Source: Gemmatimonadaceae bacterium (lineage in GTDB: Bacteria; Gemmatimonadota; Gemmatimonadetes; Gemmatimonadales; Gemmatimonadaceae). From it: a DNA stretch of 64,000 bases. The stretch is from positions 1 to 64,000 of the forward strand of contig JBBDYC010000017.1 of assembly GCA_040901985.1 (NCBI GenBank), given 5' to 3'. The notes beneath the pieces were generated by a model, which saw only the letters and a list, made by a program, of their open reading frames with translations, was not told the origin of the DNA and did not search any database. Shown piece by piece: positions 11,334 through 21,043 of this stretch. A program made the position numbers and the translations under genes. Within the stretch, counting starts at the first letter, position 1. Every line of letters begins with the position of its first letter.

Positions 11334-14116
11334 CGCGTTCCGATCAACCCATTGAAGACGAGCTTGAAGGTCCCGTGCGGCTGCGCCCGGAAGAGCGCCT
11401 CCGGACCGATCAGCCGCACCGTGCCGCGTCCGACGCGCGCGTCGGCGGCGGCCACGCCGTTCTCGAGATATCCCTGGCCCCACGCCCAGCCGCTGCGAAG
11501 CGGCGTCGCGCTGTTGAACCAGAGAATCGGGCGCACCCCGCGCGCCGCGGCGTCCGGTGCAAGCCGGAAGACCGGGCTGTTGTCGAACATCACGATCGCG
11601 CGCTGATCCATCCCGAGCGCGGCGGGCGCAGTGTTGTCCACCGCCACCTCGAGCAGCGAGCCCGGCACGTAGAACTTCGCGCTCCCGAGCGGCCGCTCGG
11701 AGCCGTCCGGCAACCGCTCGGCCAGGTGGTCGGTCAACGGCAGTTCGAGATGCGCCGCGAGGGTCGTCGAGCTCCCGATGGCGATGACCATCCCGCCGTT
11801 CTCGACAAACCGCTTGATCTGCGGAATCGTGCGGTCCTGCGTCACGTTGCCGAGCGCGCGGCGCCATTCCGCTGGAATGGACGCCGTATCGGGCATCCCG
11901 CCGCCCCCGCCCCCGCCGCCGCCGAAGCCACCGCCGCCCTGCTGGCCGGCCCGCCGGGGCACCGGGATTGCGCCGTCCACGAAGATCAGCGCGTCGAACT
12001 TCGCGTTGAGATTCCCCGCGTCGAGCTCCTGCGGGAAAACCACCGAATACTGGAACTCGTACTGCTCGAGGAGCCAGCGCGTCCAGCCGGACGGCATCGA
12101 GCCGCCGTAGCGATCCCACAGTCCGACGCGGAGCGACCGCACGGCCGTCGCCCCGGTGCTGTTGCCGGCGGCAAAGGAGAGTCCAAGCTCACGCGCCGCG
12201 CGTTCGACGATCGGACGGCTCGTCGCGTTGTTGGCGATGATCCAGGTGCCGTCCGGCCGACGCGCAACGCTTGCATTGGCCCTGAGGAGACGGTTCACGA
12301 CGATGAACGCGTCGTTCGTGGCGCCGGAGAGCGCCCAGACCTGGCCGCCCGCCACGGTGCCGGCCGGCGGCGAGACGCGAGCCGCCGGACCGATCTTCTC
12401 CAGCGGCCCCTCGGCCGCATCGAGGATGCGGTCGTACTTCACGCCCATCTGCATCGCCAGCGTCCAGCCGGCGTTGTCGTACGGCGGGGTCGGCGCGCCG
12501 CCCGGCACGCGGAAGTCGTTCGGGTGGTCCTGCGGTTCGAACATATCGAGCACGTGCGCGCCGAACGCCTGGGCGGTTTTCACGACGAACGACCCCGCCG
12601 GATACCGCTTGCCGCCGGCCGAGAATGCCGCCGTCGCACGATGCACGTCCACGCCGGCCTTCTGCAGCGCGTTGATGAAGCGCACCGCGGTGGGGAAGTC
12701 CGGCTGGTCGGAGGGGAGCACGTACGCGCGCGGGTCGCGCATCGCCGGGTCACTGAGGGCGGCCATCATCTGCTGGGCCGCGTCGCCGCGCCGCTGCACG
12801 GCGGCGTTGCCGAACCCGCCGAGGAATGCCATCGGGTTGTCGCCCTGCTGCTGGATCCGTTGCTGCCGATTCTCCTCCTCGATCCGCGCCTCTATCGCCG
12901 CAATGCGCTTCGGCCAGACCGTCCAGCTGTCGCGACTGCCCTGCGCGATCCGGTCGTGCCCCATCTTCCAGATGTTGTAGAGGAAGGTCTCGCGGTTGCG
13001 CGACACAACGTCGAGGACGGCCTTGTTGGCGGTCACCGAGTACTCGACGGATTGCCGGAACTTCCACGGCCCCGGCTTCACCGGGAGCGGAAGGTCGGCG
13101 CTGCTGATCTGCCGCGACGCGATGAAGGGGATCTCAATCGGTGTTGGGTTGCCGATGGTCTCGGTGAGGAGCCCGATCATATTGTGGAAGTAGACCGTGG
13201 TGCGCAGTCCGCCGTTCCACCAGGTCGAATAGCCGGCGCCGAGGCGCATCACGACGCCGCCCTTCTCCTCCTGGACGAACCGGTTGTGCATCGCGCCGCC
13301 CACGACGTCGAGGCCGGTGCGGACGAGCGGATGGATGTTGAAGTTCATCGGGTCGCGGAACGGCGGCGCGAACATCACGGTGCCGGCCGGCCCGGTCTGA
13401 TGGTGGTTGTACATCACCTGCGGATACCACTCGGTGTAGAGCACCCGATTCATGTTCTCGGACTCGGGCTGCGAGGCGAGGTAGAAGTCGCGGTTGTTGT
13501 CGTGCCCGATGTACTTCTGATAGAGCCGCGGGATTCCGCCACTGCTCCGGCGCTGCGGGTTGGGGTTGCGCATATACCAGTCGCTCACCAGGTCCATGCC
13601 GTCCGGATTGGCGTGCACCATGATCACGATCAGGTCGTTGCGGAACCGGGCGGTCTCGTCGTCGTTCCCCGAGACGAGCTGCCAGCTCGTCTCCAGGAGC
13701 TGCTGGGCGCCGAGCACCTCGGTGGCGTGGAGGCCGCCGTCTATCCAGACAATCCCCTTTCCCTCGCGTGCCAGTGCTCGCGCCTCCGCCTCCGACACAC
13801 CCTCGGCGCGCGCCAGCCGCTCGGCGATCCGCCGGTACCGCTCCCGGTCGCGGAGATTCTCCGGGCTCGAGATGATGGCCATCAGCTGAACGCGACCTTC
13901 GGCCGTCAGGCCGATGGTGTCGAGATCCATCCGGTCGGACTCGGTGGCGAGCCGGCTCCAGTACTCGGCGAACTTCACATAGTTGGGAAGGACGTAGTCG
14001 GCGCCGATCGCGTGGCCGAAGAAGTCCTGCGGGGAGGTCAGCCGCTGTTGCGCGGCGAGCGGAACGGCAAGGAAGGCGGTCAGCGCAAGGGCGTGACGGA
14101 ACGGGCGCCAGGACAT
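11330..14116 (-). CDS. Secreted M14 zinc carboxypeptidase-family protein
   Basis: Signal peptide; GLHATE, NPDG, DNNRD, NHHQ motifs; C-terminal glutamine-amidotransferase-like domain. Confidence 0.9.
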   Translation of the reverse strand: MSWRPFRHALALTAFLAVPLAAQQRLTSPQDFFGHAIGADYVLPNYVKFAEYWSRLATESDRMDLDTIGLTAEGRVQLMAIISSPENLRDRERYRRIAERLARAEGVSEAEARALAREGKGIVWIDGGLHATEVLGAQQLLETSWQLVSGNDDETARFRNDLIVIMVHANPDGMDLVSDWYMRNPNPQRRSSGGIPRLYQKYIGHDNNRDFYLASQPESENMNRVLYTEWYPQVMYNHHQTGPAGTVMFAPPFRDPMNFNIHPLVRTGLDVVGGAMHNRFVQEEKGGVVMRLGAGYSTWWNGGLRTTVYFHNMIGLLTETIGNPTPIEIPFIASRQISSADLPLPVKPGPWKFRQSVEYSVTANKAVLDVVSRNRETFLYNIWKMGHDRIAQGSRDSWTVWPKRIAAIEARIEEENRQQRIQQQGDNPMAFLGGFGNAAVQRRGDAAQQMMAALSDPAMRDPRAYVLPSDQPDFPTAVRFINALQKAGVDVHRATAAFSAGGKRYPAGSFVVKTAQAFGAHVLDMFEPQDHPNDFRVPGGAPTPPYDNAGWTLAMQMGVKYDRILDAAEGPLEKIGPAARVSPPAGTVAGGQVWALSGATNDAFIVVNRLLRANASVARRPDGTWIIANNATSRPIVERAARELGLSFAAGNSTGATAVRSLRVGLWDRYGGSMPSGWTRWLLEQYEFQYSVVFPQELDAGNLNAKFDALIFVDGAIPVPRRAGQQGGGGFGGGGGGGGGMPDTASIPAEWRRALGNVTQDRTIPQIKRFVENGGMVIAIGSSTTLAAHLELPLTDHLAERLPDGSERPLGSAKFYVPGSLLEVAVDNTAPAALGMDQRAIVMFDNSPVFRLAPDAAARGVRPILWFNSATPLRSGWAWGQGYLENGVAAADARVGRGTVRLIGPEALFRAQPHGTFKLVFNGLIGTR

Positions 14117-14256
14117 CGCGGGTCACTCCGGTGGAGGGGTACCAGTCATAGTCTACGCGCCCGCTCGACGGTCCGCTGGGGCCAGTGCGCGGCGGCCTCC
14201 GACGCCACATCTTCCGACGTCCCTGCACGCCGTCCCGCCCCCGAGTGCCACCGCCG

Positions 14257-15714
14257 ATGATCCGTCCTCTCGTCCTGCTCCTTCTCGCCGCGCCGCTGGT
14301 GGCGCAGATGCCGTCCGCCGCGTTCGCAGCGAGGCGCGACGCGCTTGCCCGAACCGTCGGCGACGGCGTAATAGTCGTGCTCGGGTCGCCGGAGCCAACG
14401 CCGGACTTCCTGCCGTATCAACAGTCCCGTCCCTTCTTCTATCTCACCGGCGTGCTCGAGGCCGACGCGGCGCTCGTGATGATCCAGCAGGGCGAGTCGC
14501 GGCGGGCCGTCCTCTTCGTTCAGCCCAAGGACCCCGCCCAGGAAGTCTGGACCGGAACGCGACTCGGCGTGGACGGCGTCGGCGCGCTGGGCTTCGACGG
14601 GCGCGAGGCGTCGGTGCTGCGGACGGTGCTCGATTCCCTGCTCGACGCCGGCACCGCGCTCTTCGTGGCCGGCGACTTCACCGGCGGTCGCGGGCCGCGG
14701 ACGCCGCACGACCAGTTCGTCGAGGCCCTGCGGGCCGCGCACCCGACGGCGCGGATTGCCGACGCCACCGGGGCGATTGCCGCATTGCGCGGCACCAAGA
14801 GTCCTGCCGAGCTCGAGCGCTTGCGCATTGCCGCCGAGATCAGCAACCGCGGGCACCTCGCCGCCATTCGGTTGACGCAGCCGGGCGTCGCCGAGTTCGA
14901 GCTGCAGGCGATTGCCGAATACGTCTGGCGCCGCGAGGGCGCCGACGGACCGGGCTATTCGTCCATCGTCGGGTCGGGGCCGAACTCCACCGTCCTGCAC
15001 TACGGCGCCAGCACGCGGGTCGCCGAGGCCGGCGAGGTGATCGTAATGGATATGGCGGCCTCGTTCGACGGCTACTCGGCCGACATCACCCGAACGATCC
15101 CGGTGAGCGGACGCTTCACCGACGCCCAGCGGGAGCTCTACAGCGTGGTGCTCGCGGCGCAGAAGGCCGCCGAGCGGCAGGTGCGAGTCGGCGCCCCGGC
15201 GCGGGCGATGATCGACTCGGCGAACGCCGCGCTGCACGCCGGCCTCACGCAGCTTGGACTCGTCGAGGCGCCGGGAGCGACCTACGACTGCGGCACGGCG
15301 GAGCGACCGCGCCAGTGCTCCCAGCTCTCTCTCTACTCTATGCACGAGCTCGGCCACGGCATCGGCCTCGATGTGCACGATCCCGAGCAGTACTACCGGA
15401 CCGGGACAATCGGCGTCGGCAGCGCATTCACGATCGAGCCGGGTGTCTACGTGCGCGAGAACACACTGGCGCTCATTCCGGACACGCCGCGCAACCGGGT
15501 GCTGAAGGCGCGGATCGGTCCGGCCGTGGCGCGCCACGCCGGCACGGGGGTGCGGATCGAGGACGACTACCTCGTGACGGCCGCTGGCGTCGAGCGCCCG
15601 TCGGCGCTGGTGCCCCGGGAAATTGACGAGATCGAGCGCCTGATGCGCGAGCCGCGGACGGAGCGGGATCCGGCGGTGGTTGAGCGGTACCTGCGACTCA
15701 AGACCGGTCGCTAA
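14257..15714 (+). CDS. Secreted Xaa-Pro aminopeptidase (M24B)
   Basis: Signal peptide; FFYLTG, YSADITRT, HELGHGIG, TIEPG, RIEDD. Confidence 0.92.
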   Translation: MIRPLVLLLLAAPLVAQMPSAAFAARRDALARTVGDGVIVVLGSPEPTPDFLPYQQSRPFFYLTGVLEADAALVMIQQGESRRAVLFVQPKDPAQEVWTGTRLGVDGVGALGFDGREASVLRTVLDSLLDAGTALFVAGDFTGGRGPRTPHDQFVEALRAAHPTARIADATGAIAALRGTKSPAELERLRIAAEISNRGHLAAIRLTQPGVAEFELQAIAEYVWRREGADGPGYSSIVGSGPNSTVLHYGASTRVAEAGEVIVMDMAASFDGYSADITRTIPVSGRFTDAQRELYSVVLAAQKAAERQVRVGAPARAMIDSANAALHAGLTQLGLVEAPGATYDCGTAERPRQCSQLSLYSMHELGHGIGLDVHDPEQYYRTGTIGVGSAFTIEPGVYVRENTLALIPDTPRNRVLKARIGPAVARHAGTGVRIEDDYLVTAAGVERPSALVPREIDEIERLMREPRTERDPAVVERYLRLKTGR

Positions 15715-15736
15715 CGCGTGGGTGCGGCGCGGCGCG

Positions 15737-17575
15737 TCAGGGCACCTGGCGTCCGGCAAGGATCCCGGCGCGAATGCGGCGCGCCTTGGACGAGGCCCGC
15801 GGATCGGGCACGATCTGGCGGTCCAGGCGCGTCAGGGTCTCAACGACCGCGGTGAGCGCCACCGTCTCCTCGCCGCGACGGACCTCGAGCGGCATCGCGG
15901 CGCCGGGCCGCGTGCCCCAGTAGGACCGCCAGCGCTCCCCGAAGTCCGGGTCGAGCGTTGACCGGCCACCGATTCGCGTGATCACGTCGCCGCGCTGCAG
16001 GCCGGCGCGCGCGCCGGCGCCGGCTGGATCAATCGCCGAGACGAGTACTCCGGCCGTGTGCGGACGCAGCAACGCCCCGAGTCGGGGCTCGGCAATCGAG
16101 TCGGTCCGCAGGCGCCAGCCGGCGCGCGGAAGCCAGTCCTCCCAGGGAAAGGCGTCGCGCCCGTCAATGTAGCGTCGGGCGAAGTCGCCGAACGACCGAC
16201 CGCGCGTCGCGCGCGCCACCGCGTTCCAGAAATCATCGTGCGTGAATCCGCGCCCCTGCTTCCAGGTCCGGTCCCAGAGTTCGCGCATCACCGCGTCGAG
16301 CGACTGGGAGTTGTCTGACGCGTCGCGGATCAGGATGTCGAGCGCCAGGCCGGCCAGCGAACCCTTGTCGTAGTAGAGGTCGGACGTGCCATCCCGCATC
16401 CCCAGCCAGGCCTGGACGGACGCATCCTCGAGGGCGGTCGGCGGGCGGTTGGCCACGCTCTCCATCTTCTTGAGCGTTGCCTCGAGGAAGCCGGTCTCGT
16501 CAATCAGTCCGCTCCGCACCAGCGCGAGGTCGGCGTAGTAATCGGTGATCCCTTCACTGACCCAGAGCCACGGCGTCGGCTGCGGCGCGTCGTAGCGATA
16601 CGGCACCAGGTCCGCCGGACGCAGGCGCTTCACGTTCCAGGCGTGCGCCAGCTCGTGTGCGTGGATGCTCATCACGAACGGCTCGTCGAGAAATGGCGTC
16701 CCCACAATCGCCAGTTCGCTCTCGGAATGCTCGAGCGCCGACATCCCCGGAAACTCGTCGTCGGCAACCTGGAGAACGGTGTAGCTCGTCCACGGCACCT
16801 CCCCGAAGACCTCGAGGAGCGGTTCGACGGAGCGGGAAAGTCCGTCCCAGAGCGCCGCGCGCCGGCGGCCGTCCACGCTACCCACCGGCCACGTCGCAAG
16901 TCGCATCCACTTGTCCTGCACCCGCGTGCTGTCGAGGTCAAAGCGCCCGACGAAGACCGGATGGTCCACGAGGTCGTGAAAATCGGTCGCGCGAAATCGG
17001 TGGGTCGAGTCGTCCGGGGTCATCCCGGTCGCGACGAGCCAGCCCGGCGCGGTGCGAACCACCACCGTTGCCGGGGTCTCCGTGCGCCCCTCGACGGCAA
17101 GGAACAGTGTGGTGCCGTTGAAGAAGGCGAAGTCGGCCGCGGTCCAGCTCGCCGCAACGTCAAGTTCGTCGGCCCGCGCCCGATACCGCAGCTCGACCAC
17201 CCCGGCGCCGGTCGGCACGATCCGCCAGGTGTCGGGGTCGAGCTTGTCCCAGCGGACTGCTCGTCCCGACTGGCTCGCCGTGAACCCCGAGACGTTCTTG
17301 GCGAAGTTCGCAATCTCATACGAGCCGGGAGTCCACGCCGGCATCGAGAGCAGGACCGGCTCGCGCCCGGCGGTGCGGAAGCGCACGGTGACGTCGAGGC
17401 GGCGGTCACGGAGCTGTTCGGGCCCGACGGTCACCTCGAACCGAAGGTCGGTCACCGGCGCCGAGGTGGCCGGTCGGTCCTGGCCGACAAGGGCGAGCGG
17501 CAGCGCGCCGAGAAGGGCGGCCGCCAGCAGGGCGGCTGCCGGGAGGGTGGCCGGCGGTAGGGCTGAGGGAGGCAT
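15737..17575 (-). CDS. M61 glycyl aminopeptidase with PDZ domain
   Basis: MPAWTPGSY, ALEH, HELAHAWN, WVSEGITDYY, YYDKG; C-terminal PDZ. Confidence 0.92.
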   Translation of the reverse strand: MPPSALPPATLPAAALLAAALLGALPLALVGQDRPATSAPVTDLRFEVTVGPEQLRDRRLDVTVRFRTAGREPVLLSMPAWTPGSYEIANFAKNVSGFTASQSGRAVRWDKLDPDTWRIVPTGAGVVELRYRARADELDVAASWTAADFAFFNGTTLFLAVEGRTETPATVVVRTAPGWLVATGMTPDDSTHRFRATDFHDLVDHPVFVGRFDLDSTRVQDKWMRLATWPVGSVDGRRRAALWDGLSRSVEPLLEVFGEVPWTSYTVLQVADDEFPGMSALEHSESELAIVGTPFLDEPFVMSIHAHELAHAWNVKRLRPADLVPYRYDAPQPTPWLWVSEGITDYYADLALVRSGLIDETGFLEATLKKMESVANRPPTALEDASVQAWLGMRDGTSDLYYDKGSLAGLALDILIRDASDNSQSLDAVMRELWDRTWKQGRGFTHDDFWNAVARATRGRSFGDFARRYIDGRDAFPWEDWLPRAGWRLRTDSIAEPRLGALLRPHTAGVLVSAIDPAGAGARAGLQRGDVITRIGGRSTLDPDFGERWRSYWGTRPGAAMPLEVRRGEETVALTAVVETLTRLDRQIVPDPRASSKARRIRAGILAGRQVP

Positions 17576-17678
17576 CCAGAAGGGTCAGCGGAGCGGGGGC
17601 CCCTTGGCAAGGTGACGTGCCGTTCCCGCGGGCTGAATCGTCATTCCGGTTGGACCCATCCATCCCATCCTATTTCCT

Positions 17679-18194
17679 ATGACAGCCCCCGCCAACCGCG
17701 TCCGGCACCAAGAGAGCAAGCGCCTGCACGTCGTCCTCCGCGATGGGACCCTGCTCGAGGGATCCATCTTCATCGCTGAGGATATGTCGCTTGTCTCGTT
17801 CCTTGGCAGCCGCAAGGGCGGATTCATGAACATGGTGGACGCCCGCCGGCCAAAGCTTGAGGAGGCACCGGGCCACCTGATCGTGCAGACCGACCTGGTG
17901 GTGCTCGTGTCGGCGCCGGACTCCAACGTGCAGGTCGTCAGCCAGGGTGGCGCGGGGGCAGGGGAGCGCGAGGTGGATGTGTACCTGATAGGCGGCAAGG
18001 GTCTCCGCGGCGTGATGTACCTCGCCCCGATGCAGCGGATGAGCGATTACCTGCACCACTGTGGCAAGTTCGCCGGGATTGCCAAGGCGGTCTTCATCGC
18101 CGACGGCGCCGAGGTGGGGGACGTGGCGGTGAACACCGCGGCAATCGCGATGATCCGCGAGGCGCGTCCCCCCGAGGAACAGCCTACCGGCTGA
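17679..18194 (+). CDS. Hypothetical protein with two tandem beta-rich repeats (DUF6812-like)
   Basis: Two halves share V.V.L..G..L.G..(F/Y)......S.(F/Y)L....F pattern. Confidence 0.7.
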   Translation: MTAPANRVRHQESKRLHVVLRDGTLLEGSIFIAEDMSLVSFLGSRKGGFMNMVDARRPKLEEAPGHLIVQTDLVVLVSAPDSNVQVVSQGGAGAGEREVDVYLIGGKGLRGVMYLAPMQRMSDYLHHCGKFAGIAKAVFIADGAEVGDVAVNTAAIAMIREARPPEEQPTG

Positions 18195-19053
18195 GGCGCC
18201 GCAGTTCGCCTGGGCGGTCGGTGAAGACGCCGTCCACGCCAATCGAGAGCATCCAGCGCAACACCTCCGGCTCGTTCACCGTGTACGGGTGCACGGCCAG
18301 TCCCGCCGCGTGCGCCGCCGCAACCAGCCGTGCGCCCACGACCTTGCGCGAGGGGCCGATCCCGACCGCGTAGGCGGCGATTTCCTCGAGCCGCAGGGCA
18401 AGCGAGTCGGGCGGAATGGCGTCCTCAAACAGCTGGACGAGAGCCACGGCCGGCTCGAGCGCGTGCATTCGCCGCAGGCTCGCCGCACTGAAGGACTGGA
18501 CGATCACCCGACCCACCTCGGCTCCCGCGCCCGCCAGCCGATGCCGTCGCAGCAGTGCGAGGAGCGCGCCCTCCATTCCGGGCGCCTCGTCGGGGTCCTT
18601 GAGCTCGATGTAGAATCGGGCGCGACCGGCGTAGCGGGTCAGCACGGAATCGAGCGTCGGGATTTTGGCGCCGGCGTACTCGGCCCGGGCGCGCTCCGGA
18701 TACTCGTCGTTGAACCAGCTTCCCACCTCGCAGCGGGTCAACTCGGCGAGCGACCGATCGCGGACGAGGCCGGTGCAGGAGGCGGCGGGGCCGCGCGCAG
18801 TGCGGTCGAGCGAATCGTCGTGAATCACCACGAGTACGCCATCGCGGGTCAGCTGCAGGTCCTGCTCGATCCAATCCGCGCCCTGGTCGAGCGCGAGGTC
18901 CCACGACGCGAAGGTGTGTTCCGGGGCGTCCCACGACGCGCCGCGATGCGCGATGAGGACGACCTCCGGCGCGAGCGCGGGCGCGGGTGCGCGACCCGGC
19001 GCGGCGGCGGCGAGCGCGAGCGCCGCAACGGCCAGCGCGACGAGTGGGCGCAT
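18184..19053 (-). CDS. Glycerophosphodiester phosphodiesterase
   Basis: AHRGAS, PEHT, EQDLQLTRDG, IELK, YTVN, FTDRP; start ATG 19053 overlaps upstream stop. Confidence 0.92.
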   Translation of the reverse strand: MRPLVALAVAALALAAAAPGRAPAPALAPEVVLIAHRGASWDAPEHTFASWDLALDQGADWIEQDLQLTRDGVLVVIHDDSLDRTARGPAASCTGLVRDRSLAELTRCEVGSWFNDEYPERARAEYAGAKIPTLDSVLTRYAGRARFYIELKDPDEAPGMEGALLALLRRHRLAGAGAEVGRVIVQSFSAASLRRMHALEPAVALVQLFEDAIPPDSLALRLEEIAAYAVGIGPSRKVVGARLVAAAHAAGLAVHPYTVNEPEVLRWMLSIGVDGVFTDRPGELRRLSR

Positions 19054-20171
19054 CAGCGCGGAAGGCTCCAGGCGCCGATCGGGACCGGCGGCGGCGAGTC
19101 GGTAGCCAGCGCGGCGAGCGCCTCGCCGCTCGCCGGAGCGAACTTGAACCCGAATCCGTTGCACGGGCTACCGAGGACAATCTGACGGTGCTCCGGGTGC
19201 CGGTCGAGGATGAACTGCTTGTTCGGCGTGTTGGTGTAGAGGCAGGTCGCCGACCGACGATGGGTGCCGACGTGCTGCGGCAGGAAGCGACGCACGATTG
19301 CCTCCACCGGGGCGATGTCCGACGCGCGGATGGACCGGTCAATCGCCTCCGGCGGACCGAACTCCCCACTGCCGTGTCCCGCCGCCTTGATCAGCCCGTC
19401 GCGGGTGGGGAAGACCGCCGTCACGTGGCCGGCGCCGTCGCCGAGGAGGAGCACCGGCATCCCGTCGGCGGCGTCAAGTGCGGCCGGACTTGCGTCGAAC
19501 CAATGCATCGTCAGGCGCTCGACCGCGCAGGTGACGCCGAGCGGGGCCAGCACCTCCGGCATCCACGCTCCGGTGCAGAGAATCAGCCTATCGGCGCGGA
19601 GCGAATCGCGCGCCGAGCGTACCCGCACGCCGTCGCCGTCGGCGGCCCATTCCAGGATCGGTTCATCCAGGCGCAGCGTCGCCCCGGCGTTCCGCGCCGC
19701 GTCGAGCGCGGATTGTACGATCAGCTCGGGGTAGAGCACCCCCGCGCTTGGATCCACGAACCCCACCATCCCTTCCGGCGCCTGGAGAAATGGATGCCTT
19801 CGCGCAATCTCCTCGCGGCTGACTACCTCGTGCGGGAGTCCGGCCGCTGCGGCGCACGCGCGCGACCCGGTAACGAAATAGTCGGCCGGGGCGCCGATGA
19901 AGAGGCCTCCGGTGCGGCGGACGAGCGCGTGGCCCGTCGCCTCCTCGAGCTCGGCGATCAGCGCGTTGGCGCGGCGGACGAGCGGGACGTACTGCGGTCC
20001 CTCCCACGCCGTCAGGCGCGTCACGCGCGTCTCCCCGTGAGTGGAGCCGTGGCCGTGCGGCGGCGACCAGCGGTCGAAACCGGTCACGCGGTGCCCCTCG
20101 GCGGCGAGGCGCCACGCGGCGGCACTCCCCACCGCACCCAACCCGACCACGATGACGTGCGAACGAGACAC
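19053..20171 (-). CDS. solA: Monomeric sarcosine oxidase / N-methyl-L-tryptophan oxidase family
   Basis: GLGAVG FAD motif, GSTHGETR, CLYTNTP, GFGFKFAP; start uncertain. Confidence 0.85.
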   Translation of the reverse strand: MSRSHVIVVGLGAVGSAAAWRLAAEGHRVTGFDRWSPPHGHGSTHGETRVTRLTAWEGPQYVPLVRRANALIAELEEATGHALVRRTGGLFIGAPADYFVTGSRACAAAAGLPHEVVSREEIARRHPFLQAPEGMVGFVDPSAGVLYPELIVQSALDAARNAGATLRLDEPILEWAADGDGVRVRSARDSLRADRLILCTGAWMPEVLAPLGVTCAVERLTMHWFDASPAALDAADGMPVLLLGDGAGHVTAVFPTRDGLIKAAGHGSGEFGPPEAIDRSIRASDIAPVEAIVRRFLPQHVGTHRRSATCLYTNTPNKQFILDRHPEHRQIVLGSPCNGFGFKFAPASGEALAALATDSPPPVPIGAWSLPR

Positions 20172-20220
20172 GGCGCGCTCCCTCCCGTCGCCGGAAGGAA
20201 ACGCGCCGTGCTCCAACGCG

Positions 20221-20889
20221 CTACCGGTACTGGAACTTGTACGTCAGCCCAAGGTCGTACGACGGCCCCTGATAGGTGCGTTCGCCGCCGAAGTTGTCGA
20301 GGAACCGCGTCCACTGGAACCGGGCGCCGGCGTTCAAGGCGAGCGACTGGCTGAACCACCACTCGACGCCCGTGCCGGCCTGGAGGGAGAATCCCGGAAT
20401 CAGCTGGACGCCGCTGGAGCCGGCCCCACCGAGCAGGCCACCGCTCGTCTCGCGGTCGTCAATCCCGATGCTGACGCCGGCGCCGCCCATCACCCAGGGC
20501 TCGACGGTCGCGCCGGCGTCGGTCGCCGGGAAGAAGCGGATTGCCGTGGTCTGTGCGATGATCCAGCTCTGGACCTCCTCCGACGCCGTGGACTGGACGC
20601 GGCGCCAGACGCCGACGCTGTTCTCGAGGGCGAGCCGGGCGTCGAGCCCCTTGCGCATGAAGCCGGTGATGATCGGAAGCGTCGAGACATCCACGCCGGC
20701 GCCGGGCTCGACGCCGCGCAGGTCCCAAAGTCCGACGGTCACGCCAGCCGTGCGGCGCGCGAGGCGCGCCCTCGACTCGGCCTCGGTCTCCCCGTCGGTC
20801 GGCTTCACCTGCGCGCTGAGGGGCGCGGCGAGCGGCGTAGCAAGCAACAGAGCAAATGGAATGAACTGCAGCAGTCGAATGGAACGCAT
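20221..20889 (-). CDS. Outer-membrane beta-barrel protein
   Basis: Signal peptide from ATG 20889 (GGAG RBS), alternating beta strands, C-terminal LGLTYKF. Confidence 0.8.
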   Translation of the reverse strand: MRSIRLLQFIPFALLLATPLAAPLSAQVKPTDGETEAESRARLARRTAGVTVGLWDLRGVEPGAGVDVSTLPIITGFMRKGLDARLALENSVGVWRRVQSTASEEVQSWIIAQTTAIRFFPATDAGATVEPWVMGGAGVSIGIDDRETSGGLLGGAGSSGVQLIPGFSLQAGTGVEWWFSQSLALNAGARFQWTRFLDNFGGERTYQGPSYDLGLTYKFQYR

Positions 20890-21043
20890 CACGGAACTCC
20901 GGGTGGGGCGGGATCTTGCCGCGGGAATATGCGCGGACCGATGGAGCGGCGCCTCCCACCCTACACAGCCGACACTGGCGCGTTCCCCGTCGTGCGGCGA
21001 GAATGAGCGGGTCGTGACGCACCTCACCCTCTCCTCGCCCCCG

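Noticed and set aside
11243..14260. 1005-aa plus-strand ORF and similar long ORFs (3884-6445, 36635-38863, 46073-48487, 55722-57557)
   Set aside because: Antisense shadows of clear genes; expected in high-GC DNA, Arg/Gly-rich, no motifs
20276..21043. Long N-terminal extension of the YtcJ-like ORF (likewise 23762-25078, 52163-52900, 59349-60191)
   Set aside because: Read-through over neighbouring or antisense genes; real starts are marked by signal peptides or homology
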